A DNA stretch of 64,000 bases from Octopus vulgaris. Its lineage: Eukaryota. Under the pieces are notes generated by a model. It was not told where the DNA came from, did no database searches, and was given only the letters and a program-made list of their open reading frames with translations. Shown piece after piece: positions 42,622-56,938 of this stretch. Location: NCBI GenBank assembly GCA_951406725.2, contig OX597833.1:48856001-48920000 (forward strand). The letters run 5' to 3'. Position 1 is the first letter of the stretch. The number at the start of each line of letters is the position of its first letter. The position numbers were made by a program, and so were the translations under genes.

Positions 42622-42842
42622 CCCTTTAGTGTTCGCATTATTCTGCCAAAATTAATGCTTCTTCATCCACATTGTTTTGAACTAATCATGCATTACCTTG
42701 TAGCTATGAGATTTTGATGAGGTAGCTGTTAATTTTTAAAACAATATTGTAGGGTTGGTGTGAGAGACCAGATCTAGCCAGTTTGAACGTAAAACAGGCA
42801 GAATACTTTTGACCGGATATGGCCGGTTTAAATGCTAAAAAG
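42622..42842. mobile_element. piggyBac-like MITE, second family
   Basis: TTAA|ccctttagtgtt...aatgctaaaaag|TTAA; related decayed copy at ~7237-7462. Confidence 0.65.
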
Positions 42843-44738
42843 TTAAAGATATATAATGAAAGCATATCTTTAAATATATTTCTACTGTTATTAGAACCAT
42901 ATCAGTTCCTGTTACCTATATGAGAATATCTTATATAGGCATGAAGCCACAGAATTATACATAAGGCTGAATATAAGGCTATAATACTCATGCTTTAGCA
43001 AGGAGTCTAGAAACATAATTTAAACAGGAATGTGGAGTGTTCAGAATGTGAAACCACAGTATGAAAACAAAGGAGCCTTTATTCAGTTACTTGACCTACT
43101 ATAATTAGCAGTCAAAACTCCCTTAAATCACACCTTATCTTCTTAAATAAACATGTTAGGGCAGAACAGATCTTGTTGCACTAGGATATTCTGAACGACT
43201 ACAAGTCAGCTTGATGAATGCTGACTTGGAACTCAGCAACCACAGCCTGCAACTTTTAAGCTGACAGTGTAGGTTTGGTTATGTCTATCTTGTTTATCAT
43301 TGTGATCAAGCAAAACATTCTTATTGTTCCTATTATCTGACATAAACTTTTCCATGTCATAAAACATTATTTCTTAGTGCCTCATTACACTACTCAGCTG
43401 CACCCATAAACATATCTTCATGGGAAGATACCAAGGATATCCATTTACTAATATAGTCAACCAAGTTTCTCAATATACAAAGTGGGTGATTTGATTGTCT
43501 ATGTATATATATAAGGTGACTTCTCATTTGATTTGTGGTATAGTCTGAAAGTATCATATAGATAATTATGTATATCTGGACATCTTAATTTTAATTGAGC
43601 AATTATTTTCAGAACTGATCACTTAAATCAAGTGAATTTCAATACTATGCCCAGGGATTCAAGACATTAGCTGAAATAAGATTTAAACTAAAATCCATTG
43701 GCCAACTGCCCAATATCATAACCTTATAGCGAATGTGCTTTATCTCTCTCATACACACATATGTAAAATCACATACACACACATATAACACTAAACTTTG
43801 CTTATTAATTTTTACTAATTTTGTAAATCATTTCTTATTTAAAACCCAATTTCTATATTCTGCTCAAATTATATAGACATAGATATTAATCTATCATATC
43901 AGATTTTTTCCCCTTCACTTATCAGAATAATCATTATATTTTCTTCAGTATTTCCTACTTATATTCCTAAATATGCACCAGAAATCAACTTTATTAAAAA
44001 GCATGTCAAAATAAAAACAAAAGTCTTTTGTTATATCTATAGGTAAAGAAAGCCAAATATTAAATGATTGTGCAGTTGGACACAGTGCTGTTAAAGAAAT
44101 ATGCCTACCTATACAGCTGATACAGTTAGTTCTTGTGGGAAATTTATCAGATCTTTTCATTTCTATAGATTGTATTTCTCTTTTGTTTTATATGAGCAAA
44201 ATTTAATATTCACAGATAATTTTGTTAAAATGGGATTATGTATATCATGTTAAAACAAAATTATAGAAAATGATTAAAAATGAGTAATTGTGATCAAGAT
44301 TATTGACGAACAAAAACAGCAATAACAGATAAAAACAAATTCTTTTTAGAAGCATCCACTGTCAGATAACAGAGGCAGAATCTTTCATACAATGATTTGT
44401 TTTAAATGCAGTTTGAGACCATTTGTCAGGTTATGGGTTTACTGAATTGTTTTAGGATACATAAAATAATATTTCACATAAAAGATATTTTAACCAGTTA
44501 ACAAAGTTAAGGAAAAAGTACATAACTATACACATAATTAAGGCAGAGAATTCATTTTCTTTCTTTCTTTCTTTCTTTTTTTTTGCTAATAAGAACTATC
44601 AATACTTGAAACTATGTTCTCATGTTTGTGTGTGTGTGTGTGTGTATGTGTGTGTGTGTTGTATGTGTATACATACACACACACACATACATGTATACAT
44701 GTACTTACATACAAACACATTCATAACAATGGTGTGAC

Positions 44739-44783
<45 letters not shown>

Positions 44784-47700
44784 GCATATAAACAAACATA
44801 CATTTCATGTTTCTTTATATGCATGTGCACACACACACAAGCAATATAAGCAATACTTACAAACATATACATAAAAGCAGTACAAACATATATGTGTGTA
44901 TGTATGTATATATATATATATACACACATACAAACGCACACACATATATATAAAAGCAATACATACAAATTTTACAGAATATGTATACACACAAGCAATA
45001 CATACTAATATATATTTATATATATATATATATATAAAATATACAGACAAACAATACATACATATAATACATATACACATATATACATACATATAAACAT
45101 ATACATACATATATATACATATATATATATATAAATATATATATACATATATATATACATATATGTATATATATACATATAAATATACATACATATATAT
45201 ATATATACATGTATATCTGTATCAATTTTATGAATGAGCATCAAGCTATTTCTTTCAATTTATTTCATCAAAACCATTTTGAATATGGAAATATTTAGAC
45301 TCAGTTAGTAAAACAAAATGAAAAAAAAAAAAATCCTCTCCGAAAAAATTAAAACAATTCATTCAACATAAAAATATCTTAAAAAGTAGCCACTTATTCT
45401 TTGAAATGATTTGCTTAAAATAAAATAACTTGAATGGTGTTGCATAAAAATGTATATTTAAACATTTCAGTATTGCATTATTAAAATGATTATTCTAAAA
45501 TACATTATTTAAAATTTGATGACATTAGAACTTTATACTGTTGTATCTTATTTCCTGTTTTGCAAATATTTCTGAAAGATTTCAATGTACTAATCCAAAA
45601 AAATTACTTAACTATGTAATTACTTCCCTTTATATTTAATTAGCTTTCATTTAAGGCCTTGCTAGGGAATTCTTAAATTAAATATCACAGACTGTATGTC
45701 TACTGATCCATGTTAAAATTACTAGAACTTAATTATTTTTTTTATAACTAAGAACAAACGATTTTACTGTTCTTTGCCTAAATCTTAAAATTTGAAACTG
45801 AAGCTACATCAACCTTTCATAGGGACTAAGGGGTACAAATTTTAGTATCATTGGTATATATATTGTTCTAAAAGAAAAAGAATTTGATATTTCAAGAAGC
45901 AAGATCCAATATTTATACAATGAGGAACCCTGTGCTAAACATTACACATTTCTTCTCATAGCTCACCAAAACATATGATTATTTTTTTTAACCGAACTGA
46001 TTCATGCTGGTGCCATGTGGTAATTTTTAATTGTTTCTTCAAATTTCTAGAGGGAACAAATTATTTCTAAGGGATATCATAATGGCTGTAAAAGGGTTTG
46101 AACTCAAGACACTGAATCCAGTAGTTCAGCACAGTACCTTAGTATGTTACAGCCAGCCACTGTGCTTTATTTAGTATTATGCATAAAGTGATATTTATTT
46201 TCACTATTTGCATTTCAAAAATGATTTGGTAGAAACAATTTAAATGTTGACTAATGAGTACTGTATATATTTTACCAAAAACCACATCATTTCATATTCT
46301 CTATACGGAATGCAGAGAATGAAGCATTAATATATTTATGGAAATGATTTCTAGAATTATTTATATATTTTGGAATAAGAGATTTTCTTCAGAAGTGATG
46401 AGGTTTTAATCATTTGATATTCCTATCTTTGAATTTCACTTTTTTTTTTTCATTACAATTTTTCATTTTCTAATGAAATTTTTAACTGGAACTATATTTC
46501 TAGCTAGTCCACAACAACAATATAACAATGACAATATATATATATTATGCACTATAATGATTTTTATCTATTCTATTGATACTATTTACAAGATTTGTAA
46601 ACTTTTCAAATTCACAAGAATTTTATTAAAATTTGTCTGGCCTGATAACTTAGTGTCTTTCATGCCAACTGCAAACGTCTTGATCTATTTTATTTTTATC
46701 AGTATTTTTCATAAATTTTCTCAGTATTTTCACAACCACATTGACAACACTTAAACAATCACAATATGCTTTGATATCAATAAATCCAGTATTATACAAT
46801 GCCATTCTGAAACTTTATCGGGGGATCAAAAATATTTCTGTGTAATTAGATTGTTTTGTTCATTAGTATTCATAAAACCAGAATTCTTTTCTAGTTTATA
46901 TGTTTTTGTATCAATCTAACTATATAACAATGGTAGTAGTGTGGGTGTTGGAGGAAGGGGTGGGTGGGCTGAGAAAGAGAATGTCTATACATCACAAAGA
47001 GGAAGATCCCTCTCAATGTATTACTGTTACAATGTTGATGGCAGGATATCATAACAACATTGTTAAAAATAATGAAAGTCAAAATTCTAACGTCTAAAGC
47101 CACAGAGTAATCCAGAATATCTATTCTTCTACAATTACTAATTTTTATTTATAGTAGTGTATATACATGTATACTGTGTGTGAATAAATTTAATATTTTG
47201 TTTTTACTAATCAGGTTTACATTAACTGAACAACAAACACTTTATCATTTCGATACTTAAAATATATTACAGATAATAAAGTTGTTTTTTAATTTTTCTC
47301 ATGGAAAACTAAGGAATATACTGACTAATATTAAACATAAAAACTTTCTGTATAATTTGATTTTTCACTTAAAATAAACATTTAAAGGTAAAGAAACAAA
47401 CGGGAATTTTTCTACTGAAATTACTTTAGCATTAAAAATGTTTATCCAGGAACATTTGTATATATATATGCATTGATTTTATCATTTATATATATAGGAA
47501 ACAACATGAAATATTAAGTCATTTGGATGGTAATGATATTTACATAGGAAAATAATAATTGGTAATGATATGTCTTTTGTACATATTTGCTGCTTGGGCG
47601 CTTAAAGCGAAAAAGATCAATATATATATGTATATATATTGAAATCCTTGTGAGATATTTTGAGAATAGCAATGTTACTTGATTGTAAAGAGGGAGTTCT

Positions 47701-50290
47701 AAAATGCCCCATAACAAAGACATTTAGAAAGTAATTGTATTGGATCTCTCTATAATACTGTTACTACTATAAAGTATCACTAGTACTTTAACACAATTAT
47801 TTTATTTCTCGGTTTATAATGATATATTAATATTTCGTATGTAATGTAAATATGGATAATTAAGTAGAAATTAAAATGCTTCTTTATGCCTAAGAAAATC
47901 ATTCTTTATTAATGATACTTATAATTACTTAAATTGCATCTTTCACGAGTAATTTTATTTGCTATTTAAATTGATCTATTCCACCAGGATCATATAATTA
48001 TTATTCCCACCAACAAATTAGGTACCTGTAACATAATCAGCTATAATCCTCCACTAAAAAAAAATAATAGGCCAATAGGCCTTTCGTTAATATAAGAAAT
48101 CATTAGGCATGCAACTTGCCTAATCATTAATTCTATTTACGATAGGGAAGTTTTTGCTTATAAAGGTCCTCCATAGATTATTGATAAGGCCATTATATCC
48201 TATATCTGATTATATTTTCAGTAAATATTGCAAAACTATAACCATATTGAAAAATAAATATAATTAAAAATAAGTTCCCTTTTCAAAATCTTTCAACTTA
48301 GAATACAGAAAATCTTGTCGAAATATTTTGGTTGGCAGTATAATATGTCATGAAATTCTTTTAAATTACTAACTTTAAAATACTGGTAGTTTTTTATCAA
48401 CATTATCAAAGTTTTCCTAATTTAGAATTGGTGAACTTATTTTGAATGTAATTGTGGGTCGACAGAAACGTCCATAGAAAGGTTTGCTATATGGCAATGC
48501 GGTAGTTTTTATGGTTGGTATTATTTGATAATGATTTGGATATTTACTTGGTAATAAATGAGAAAAAGAGAATCAGCAGAAAAATAAGCAATCAAAATGG
48601 CCACAAAATCTTTTCAGCAATTTATCAAACAATTTCTTATATATTAACAATTATTTTTTTCTCTCCAACACTCTAAAGCTAATAGATAATTTAAATCATC
48701 AATTAAAAGTTGTAATAAATTTAGTAGGTAGAATAATATTTTCTTCTCCTATCAAGAATACCTTAGCTAATTTTTTGGGTTGTGAAATAAATGACAAAGA
48801 AATAGCCTCACAAACAGTTTCAATACAAAATAAAAACAACAGCATTTTAAATATTTATCACTGGTTCAATATTTTCATAAACAATTTTGTGGATTTGGTT
48901 AACGAAAGGGTGAAAGATAAAATCGAGAAATGGTCCAAAATTGACAATGTTGAAACACTAATTTGAATATTTAATGTTCGTAAAATCACTTAATTAGTTT
49001 TAATTGTAATTCATAACAAGGATTTTGCTATCTTACCTGATTTTGAATAACAATTGATTGAATAAGTATTTCAAGTAGTTGTTTTATAAATTGACCCAAA
49101 TAGTAAAATCTTGCATCAAATAATTTTAAGAAGAGATATTTCAAAGATAAAATGTCTTTTGAAATTACTATATGTTTATTTAAGATTGGATTGAATTGGT
49201 TCAAAAATAGCAGACCAATTGTTGACTTCAGGTGTTTATAAAGCAACAAAATAAAAACTGAATAAACACAGAAATATAACAAGTAATTAACAGTTAATTA
49301 GATTTATATAAGTAGGGTAAAGAATACCTGTGTCTAATCTTTGCAATTTTGATCAATATCTTTCAAAATCATAATTATATTATTCTAAATATGGCTAATT
49401 TCAGGCCATTAAAGAAATTTTAATTGCTAATACTATTGATGTGTATATTGATGTTTACAGACTGATTAAATCTGGGTGGGTGTGAGGAAACAAGGATAAA
49501 TTATTATAACTTAATATCTTTTTTTATCAGTGATGATAAGGTCTGATCAAAAGAAAGATATAAGCATTAAATTTTAATATTATCCATTGCACGTGGAAAT
49601 TGTATATAGAAAAGATTTCTTAGTATAAACATTTTATGAAAGTAACTGAAAAGCTCTGTTCAAAACTTATATCTCTTTACAGCACACAAACAAACTGCCC
49701 TATTTTATAAATTATATTAATTTATTTTTACCAACTAGTGCAGCACAACACTAGTTTCTTTGGATTCTAATTTTTATTTATTCCATAATTACTTTCTAGT
49801 CTATTATATAACATATAGCATTTCAGAAGTAGAGATATCTGTTTTATAAATTATTTTGATTTAAAAAAAAAAAAATGAAATGATTCATTCAATATATTTC
49901 AATGATGTAAAAACCAATGAATATCTTGAAGGAACCTTTAAATAACTCTATATTTCTAAAATTTATTAATAAGCAAATCTAGTAAAACAATCACTTTTAA
50001 GTTCCAACTACTTGTATTTAATTTGAACTTAGCTGTAATAAAATTACTTAGGTTATAACTATGTGATCTTAATGAGAGAAAGTAAAAAAAACAAACAATG
50101 TAATTTGAGATTAAATTGTCTTTGTATGTTACTTACAGAATGAAATAAGCTATATTCATCAATTTTGAACCAAATATCTTAATTTTTATTCTTTCTTCTT
50201 TTTTCTTTTTATTAAAGTTGCATTAAATTATTGTTTAAAAAATAATTCAGAACCAGAATTGCCTTTGGCAGAAATTTTCTGGTATCTTTT

Positions 50291-51105
50291 TCATTCTCGT
50301 AAAGCCATTTCTCGTTCTAATTTCTTTATCTTAAGTTGATGATATCGTTTCTGTGCTTCCACTCTTTGAGAGTCTACACCATAGTAAGCCAGTTGAGCCT
50401 CTATTCGTTTTTTCTCCATTTTATATAAATTAGTCTCGGCTTCAATTCTATGTTTATCTGCAACCAAAGTATCAAGTTCTAGTTTAGTAACTTCATCCGT
50501 TGATTGTGATTTTCTTTTCCTTCCCGCTGCAACTGTAAGCCGATTCATTAGAGGAGTTTCTTCCAATAGTCGTCGAGAGGGTTCTATGATGTCTGGGATA
50601 TCTCTGTCTGTTTGCATTCCAATTTCATGAGTCCGGAAATAGTATTCACCGACACCAAAAGTACGCGTTCTAAGGCTTGGACCAACAGACACTTCGTGTG
50701 TTATTACAGCTGGTTTCATATATTCATAAAATCTGACAGGTGATGTTGCAGTGTTGCGTTTGTGACATACTGATTTAGAACTCATTTCCATTTTTCTAAT
50801 CGTTTGGGCAACAGGTGGCCGTTCAGGTAATTTGAAATCAGCTGCCACGGCAATGTCATGCGTTAGTAACTTGGCAGTGATGGAAATATCTTTGGTTCTC
50901 ACGCTTGCTGTCATAGTTGAAGCATCCTGAGTAATTGGCTTTGTAACACTTGGTGTGCGTGGAACTGTTCCCACATCTCGGAATCTGGTTGGCTCAACAT
51001 ATTCTGGCTTGGTTTCAATTGTTTGAGTTGCAGCATCTTGAAGAATTGGGGCGATTGTTTGTGTACTATCTTCAGTGAGGGGTCCAAGACCATATTTAAC
51101 ATTAT
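50291..51105 (-). CDS. Terminal exon of an uncharacterised protein with multiple LC8-type (TQT) motifs, basic patch and C-terminal coiled coil
   Basis: ttttatttttcAG acceptor at 51106-51107; 270 open codons in AT-rich DNA; DSTQT, DAATQT, DASTMT, EIGMQT; GRKRKS; heptad-like tail ending QLKIKKLEREMALRE*. Confidence 0.8.
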
Positions 51106-51373
51106 CTGAAAAATAAAACAAACAAAAAAAATTAGATATAAATTTTAAAGTATCAATTTGCACTAATAAAAACTAGAAGGGATTTCAAGATGTCTCAGTT
51201 AGATAATACATTGCAAATGGTCCTTTACATGACAAAAATATTTATTATATAAACCATATTAGATTTGTAAATGCCTTTGTATTATCAAGCAAGAAAATAT
51301 TTCAGCTCCCCAAAACTAGTACTTTTCTCTAAAGCTTAGCTGAACTTGACAATAGAGTTCTGCTCTCACATCT

Positions 51374-51604
51374 TATTTCTTTACTGCCCACAAGGGGCTA
51401 AAGACAGAGGGGACAAACAAGGACAGACAAACGGATTAAGTCAATTATATCAACCACAGTGCATAACTGGTACTTATTTAATCGACCCCAAAGGATGAAA
51501 GGCAAAGTCGACCTTGGCGAAATTTGAACTCAGAACGTAGCGGCAGACGAAATACCACTAAGCATTTTGCCCGGCATGCTAACGTTTCTGCCAGCTTGCC
51601 GCCT
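51374..51604 (-). mobile_element. Family A SINE with TSD
   Basis: TSD ttctgctctca(c/t)atct at 51358-51373 and 51605-51620. Confidence 0.88.
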
Positions 51605-52324
51605 TTCTGCTCTCATATCTAACATGGCACAGATACTACTCACATAGTTATCATAGACCACATCTAAAGGAAGGCCAATTGAGTGATTCTCATTAAGTTG
51701 CTTACCAATACACTCTGACCTTTGGTTGCATTATACATTTCATCTATATACTCTATTTTCATGCTGGGGTATATCTGTTGAGGTTGATGACTGAGATCCT
51801 CAGGTAAGATCATTGTCACACTTGAGCTAAAGCTAAGTGCATTGAAAGGTTCACAGTATTTTAACCGTGTGGTGAAATGAACACTAAGACCCTTGGATGC
51901 TTGAAGACTACAGAAACTTTAGACTGTGTTGCAACTCAAATTTAAAACATGTCTCTCTATAAGTGGTGCAAACTTCAGAATTGATGATTTGAAATGATGG
52001 TGACTTGAAATGAATTCAAAACTGATGGTAACTTGAAATTAATTTAAAACTTGCACTTTTTATGGTGAAAAACTAAAGAAAGAAGCGTTTATGCTGATTG
52101 ACAATATAGTCTCTTCTAATGGCATAATCAAAACTTATGTGAAACTGGCTTTCACCAAAAGCACTTTGTTTTCTTTGGCTCCATTACTTGTTCCATTTAT
52201 AGTAAAAATGAAAGCTGATGGTACAACAATGTTTTTTTCAAAGGGGTCATATTAGCACAAGTTGAAATATGCAGGCTATAAGATTTGTGGACTTTGAATT
52301 TTGTGCTTTCATCATCATCATCAT

Positions 52325-53090
52325 CTATTTCTTTACTACCCACAAGCGACTAAACACAGAGAGGACAAACAAGGACAAACGGATTAAGTCAATTATATCG
52401 ACACCAGTGCGTAACTGGTACTTATTTAATCGACCCCAAAAGGATGAAAGGCAAAGTCGACCCTCAGCGGAATTTGAACTCAGAATGTAATGGCAGACGA
52501 AATACGGCTACGCATTTTACCTGGCGTGCTAACATTTCTGCCAGCTCGCCGCCTCATCATCATTATCGTTTAACGTCCACTTTCCATACTAGCATGGGTT
52601 GGACGATTTGACTGAGGTCTGGCAAACCAGATGGCTGCACCAGACTCCAGTCTGATCTGGCAGTGTTTCTACAGCTGGATGCCCTTCCTAATGCCAACCA
52701 CTCCAAGAGTGTAGTGGGTGCTTTTACATGCCAGTCAGGCAGTACTGGCAACAGCCATGCTCAAATGGTGCTTTTTATGTGCCACCTGCACAGGAGCCAG
52801 TCCAGCACCACTGGCAGCGACCTTGCTCAAATGTCTTTTCATGTGCCACCAGCACAAGTGCCAGTAAGGGGACGCAAGTAATGATCACGCTTGAATGATG
52901 CTTTTTACATGGCCACTGGCATGGAGGCCAGTTTGTTGCTCTGGCAGCGATCATACTCGGATGGTACTCTTAGCGCTCCAGTAGCACGGATGCCAGTCAT
53001 CGAATTTGATTTCGATTTCACTTGCCTCAACAGGTCTTCGCATGCAGAGTTTAGTGTCCAATGAAGGAAAGGTATGCATAAGTGGGCTGG
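52325..53090 (-). mobile_element. Family A SINE inserted in the (CAT)n tail of a long family D copy
   Basis: (CAT)n on both sides of 52325-52553, then family D body. Confidence 0.8.
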
Positions 53091-53426
53091 CTTTCTGTGT
53101 AACAATTGCTAGGGTGAAGTAAACCTGTTATCTATTTTCCAAGTGGACAACAAGTGGTTAGATATGGAGTGTCTTCATTAATAAGAAAGGAACAAAAGTG
53201 CCAGAAAGTTGCATTACTTCTAATGCATTGATTTTGCTGAAATTGGGAACTTCCTCACAGCAGTTTTGCTGTGTGAGAGCAAATATGATATCAGAGCCCT
53301 TCATAGCATATTTGATGAACTTTTACATCATTGAAGAACTCAAGATTGATGTGCACACCGAATGTCATGTTCAGGATTGGGCACTGAGGAAATGTTCATT
53401 TGTTGTCAATTTCATGCACTCCAACC

Positions 53427-53641
53427 TATTTCTTTATTACTCACAAGGGCCAAACAAGGACAGACATAGGTATTAAGTCGATTACATTGACCCCAGTGTG
53501 TAACTGGTACTTAATATATCGACCCCGAAAGGATGAAAGACAAAGTCGACCTCAGTGGAATTTGAACTCAGAACGTAACTGCAGACAAAATACCGCTTAG
53601 CATTTCGCCCGGCGTGCAAACGATTCTGCCAGCTCGCCGCC
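53427..53641 (-). mobile_element. Family A SINE
   Basis: Family A body; imperfect TSD ttcatgc..tccaa. Confidence 0.8.
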
Positions 53642-54024
53642 TTCATGCTGTCCAATCAACGATAAGAAACTTCCGTCTTCTGTTGCTAGATGTTTCAAAG
53701 GTTTGGGTTTCCTTGGTAAATGATTTTTTTGGAAACTGCTTGGTGCCTTTGCTGTTTTCATTGTAAAAGTGAATTTCTGCAGAGGTCATTATAGGGAGGT
53801 TGAACTATCTAGGTTTTTAACAATATTGAATAACACTATGGAGGTGCCTCAATAAAAGTATCCAGCACATGCAGTAAAGTGGTTGGTGTTAGGAAGGGCA
53901 TCCAGCCATAGAAACCAAGCTAAATCAGACTGGAATCACAGTGCAGCTCACCGGCTTGCGAGCTGTGGTCAAACTGTCCAGCCCATGCCAGCATGGAAAA
54001 CAGATGTTAAAGGATGATGATGAT

Positions 54025-54425
54025 ACTCTTTTACTCTTTTACTTGTTTCAGTCATGTGACTGCGGCCATGCTGGAGCACCGCCTTTAGTCGAGCAATTCG
54101 ACCCCGGGACTTATTCTTTGTAAGCCCAGTACTTATTCTATCAGTCTCTTTTGCCGAACCGCTAAGTGACGGGGACATAAACACACCAGCATCGGTTGTC
54201 AAGCAATGCTAGGGGGACAAACACAGACACACAAACACACACACGCATATATATACATATATATGACGGGCTTCTTTCAGTTTCCGTCTACCAAATCCAC
54301 TCACAAGGCTTTGGTCAGCCCGAGGCTACAGTAGAAGACACTTGCCCAAGGTGCCACGCAGTGGGACTGAACCTGGAACCATGTGGTTGGTAAACAAGCT
54401 ACTTACCACACAGCCACTCCTGCAC
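54025..54425 (-). mobile_element. Family B SINE, full length
   Basis: Complete reverse-complement copy ending cagccactcctgcacc. Confidence 0.85.
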
Positions 54426-55051
54426 CTGATGTTGATGTTGATGATGATAATGACTTTATTTCTGTAAGAATCTGGAAGCTATGCAAATATGATGGAATCA
54501 ATTTTTAATGGAGTAAATCTTGTTAGTTAACCAGATCAAAATGTGAGCACGTGGAAAGACTTCCTTTTCCACGACACTGATGAAGTAATAACATCTATAA
54601 CAAACTCTAGAATAAAGGACTACATTTGGCACTGACCATAATTTGAAATTTGCATCCACAGAATTTGACTCTCTGTATCAGTCCTACATTAATTGAGTTT
54701 TCTGCTAAACAGAGAGAGGGTGGAACGGAAAAGAAGGGAGAGATGGTAAATAGATAGCAATAGGGGTGGGAGTGGGGAGAGGGGGAAGGAAAGATGGAAA
54801 TAGATGACAATAAGGAAGAAAGAAACAATAAAGACTAAATGGAACAAAGCGATCAATGAGGAACAAGAAAGAGAGGAATAATTATAAAAAAACAGAGATT
54901 CAGCACTGTGGTGGCAGCAGAGAATAGGATACCACATACAAAAGACAGTGGGAAAGTAAAGAATAGACATACTCATACAAACTTCCTCACGGACACAATA
55001 GACATAAACAAAATATACACATGCAGATAAATATCATAAACATCATCGTCA

Positions 55052-55461
55052 TACTCTTTTACTCTTTTAATTGTTCCAGTCATTTGACTGTGACCATGCT
55101 GGAGCACCACCTTTAGTCGAGCAAATCGACCCCGGGACTTATTCTTTTGTAAGCCCAGTACTTATTCTGTCGGTCTCTTTTTGCCGAACCGCTAAGTGAC
55201 GGGGACGTAAACACACCAGCATCGGTTGTCAAGCAACGCTAGGGGGACACACACAGACACACAAACATACACACACACACACATATATATATATATACAT
55301 ATATACGACAGGTTTCTTTCAGTTTCCGTCTACCAAATCCACTCACAAGGCTTTGGTCGGCCCGAGGCTATAGCAGAAGACACTTGCCCAAGATGCCACG
55401 CAGTGGGACTGAACCTGGAACCATGTGGTTGGTAAACAAGCTACTTACCACACAGCCACTC
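55052..55461 (-). mobile_element. Family B SINE, full length
   Basis: Nearly identical to 54025-54425. Confidence 0.85.
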
Positions 55462-55629
55462 CATCTTTTTAACATACATTTTCCCATGGTTTTGTAAGGG
55501 TCAGATGCAGTTTATTGAGACTGATTTTCTAAGACCAGATGCCCATTCTGATGCCAACATGTTTCCAAGCAATGAAATACTTCCCCATTGACAAAGAGAG
55601 AGACATGTTTTTCGGAAAAGATTGATGTA

Positions 55630-56015
55630 CTTGAGTCAAGTACATCAACATCAAAATAAAAATCAAATGGAAATTGTAGTTGTGATACCCGTGCCAGTGG
55701 TACGTAAAAAACACCATCCAAATGTGGCCAATGCCAGCACCGCCTTGACTGGCGTCCACACTGGTGGCATGTAAAAAGCACCAACCAATCGTGGATGTTG
55801 CCAGCCTCCTCTGGCCCCTGTGCCGGTGGCACGTAAAAAGCATCCACTACATTCACGGAGTTGTTGGCATTAGGAAGGGCATCCAGCTGTAGAAACACTG
55901 CCCAATCAGACTGGAGCCTGGTGCAACCTTCTGGCTTCCCAGACCCTGGTCGAACCATCCAACCCATGCAAGCATGGAAAATGGATGTTAAACAATGATG
56001 ATGATGATGATGATG
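55630..56015 (+). mobile_element. Family D repeat copy
   Basis: Family D body and (GAT)n tail. Confidence 0.8.
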
Positions 56016-56162
56016 ATAATGATTACAGTCACACCTTATATATATATATTCTTTTCTTCTTTTATGTATTTCAACCCAAAGGTTGTGATACATATGTATT
56101 ACAGACAGTATATATATATATCAGGGTGATCACGGTGATATATATATATATATATATATATA

Positions 56163-56444
56163 TCACCGTGATCATCCTGACCGACCAGGCTATCAGATGT
56201 TGCTACACATCGCTGGTCACAATGTGCTTCGCTTTCAAATGACGCCACCCCGCTGGCTAAGATAGCAGGCCAACAGGAGAAATAGTGAGAGAAAGTTGTG
56301 GCGAAAGAGTACAGCAGGGTTCATCACCACCCCCTGCCGGAGCTTCATGGAGCTTTAGGTGTTTTCGCTCAGTAAGCAGGAATCGAAACCGCGATCCTAC
56401 GACCGCAAATCCGCTGCCCTAACCACTGGGTCATTGTGTCTCCA
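56163..56444 (-). mobile_element. Family C SINE variant with a different 3' tail
   Basis: Family C head on - strand (gctgccctaaccactggg..tcca); tail ends tgatcacggtga next to (TA)n. Confidence 0.7.
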
Positions 56445-56938
56445 TATATATATATATATAAATCTTTAAAATATACATAGCTATGTACACAATATATGTC
56501 ATTTACCATCATAATGTAGTATGATTAGTCGAGGGATTGAAGTAAAACGCGGTTAGTTAGTCTCTAACATAAGCATGGCTTGTATAGAAAATACAGATGA
56601 CTTGATAATTGATCAATAAATTTTATTAATCAATGCATCAAGTAAAGTGTGTCCTATATCGAAAGCAACAAACATTGCTTATAATGTGATAATCAAATGT
56701 ATAAATAAAAGGATGGAAGAGACAGTAGAGAAGTATAGCTGTTTCAACAGCACATCAGATGCGTCTCAAGCATCATTATAAATGTTTGTAGCTGTCAAGT
56801 GTGCTTTTTGTTGTGTACATATGGCTTGGTCTTTTGGTAGAAGATTAGCATTGAGAGGATTCTTGACTGCTTGAGCTACTTTTGTGCCCTTGGCATAGCT
56901 TGCAAGAGTTGGGTATATCTGATGGTATGTCTGAGAGG

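Noticed and set aside
50291-51105. Assignment as GSE1, ATMIN or KANK
   Set aside because: The tail does not match the recalled GSE1 coiled coil, ATMIN ends in TQT motifs rather than a coiled coil, and KANK ends in ankyrin repeats.
51106-51163. MQIDTLKFISNFFCLFYFS start of the 290-aa ORF
   Set aside because: Non-ATG start running through a polypyrimidine tract ending in AG; it is intron.
53100-53420. Possible exon or LINE endonuclease fragment (ORF 53198-53476)
   Set aside because: No recognisable motif or clean splice boundaries; probably a decayed repeat.
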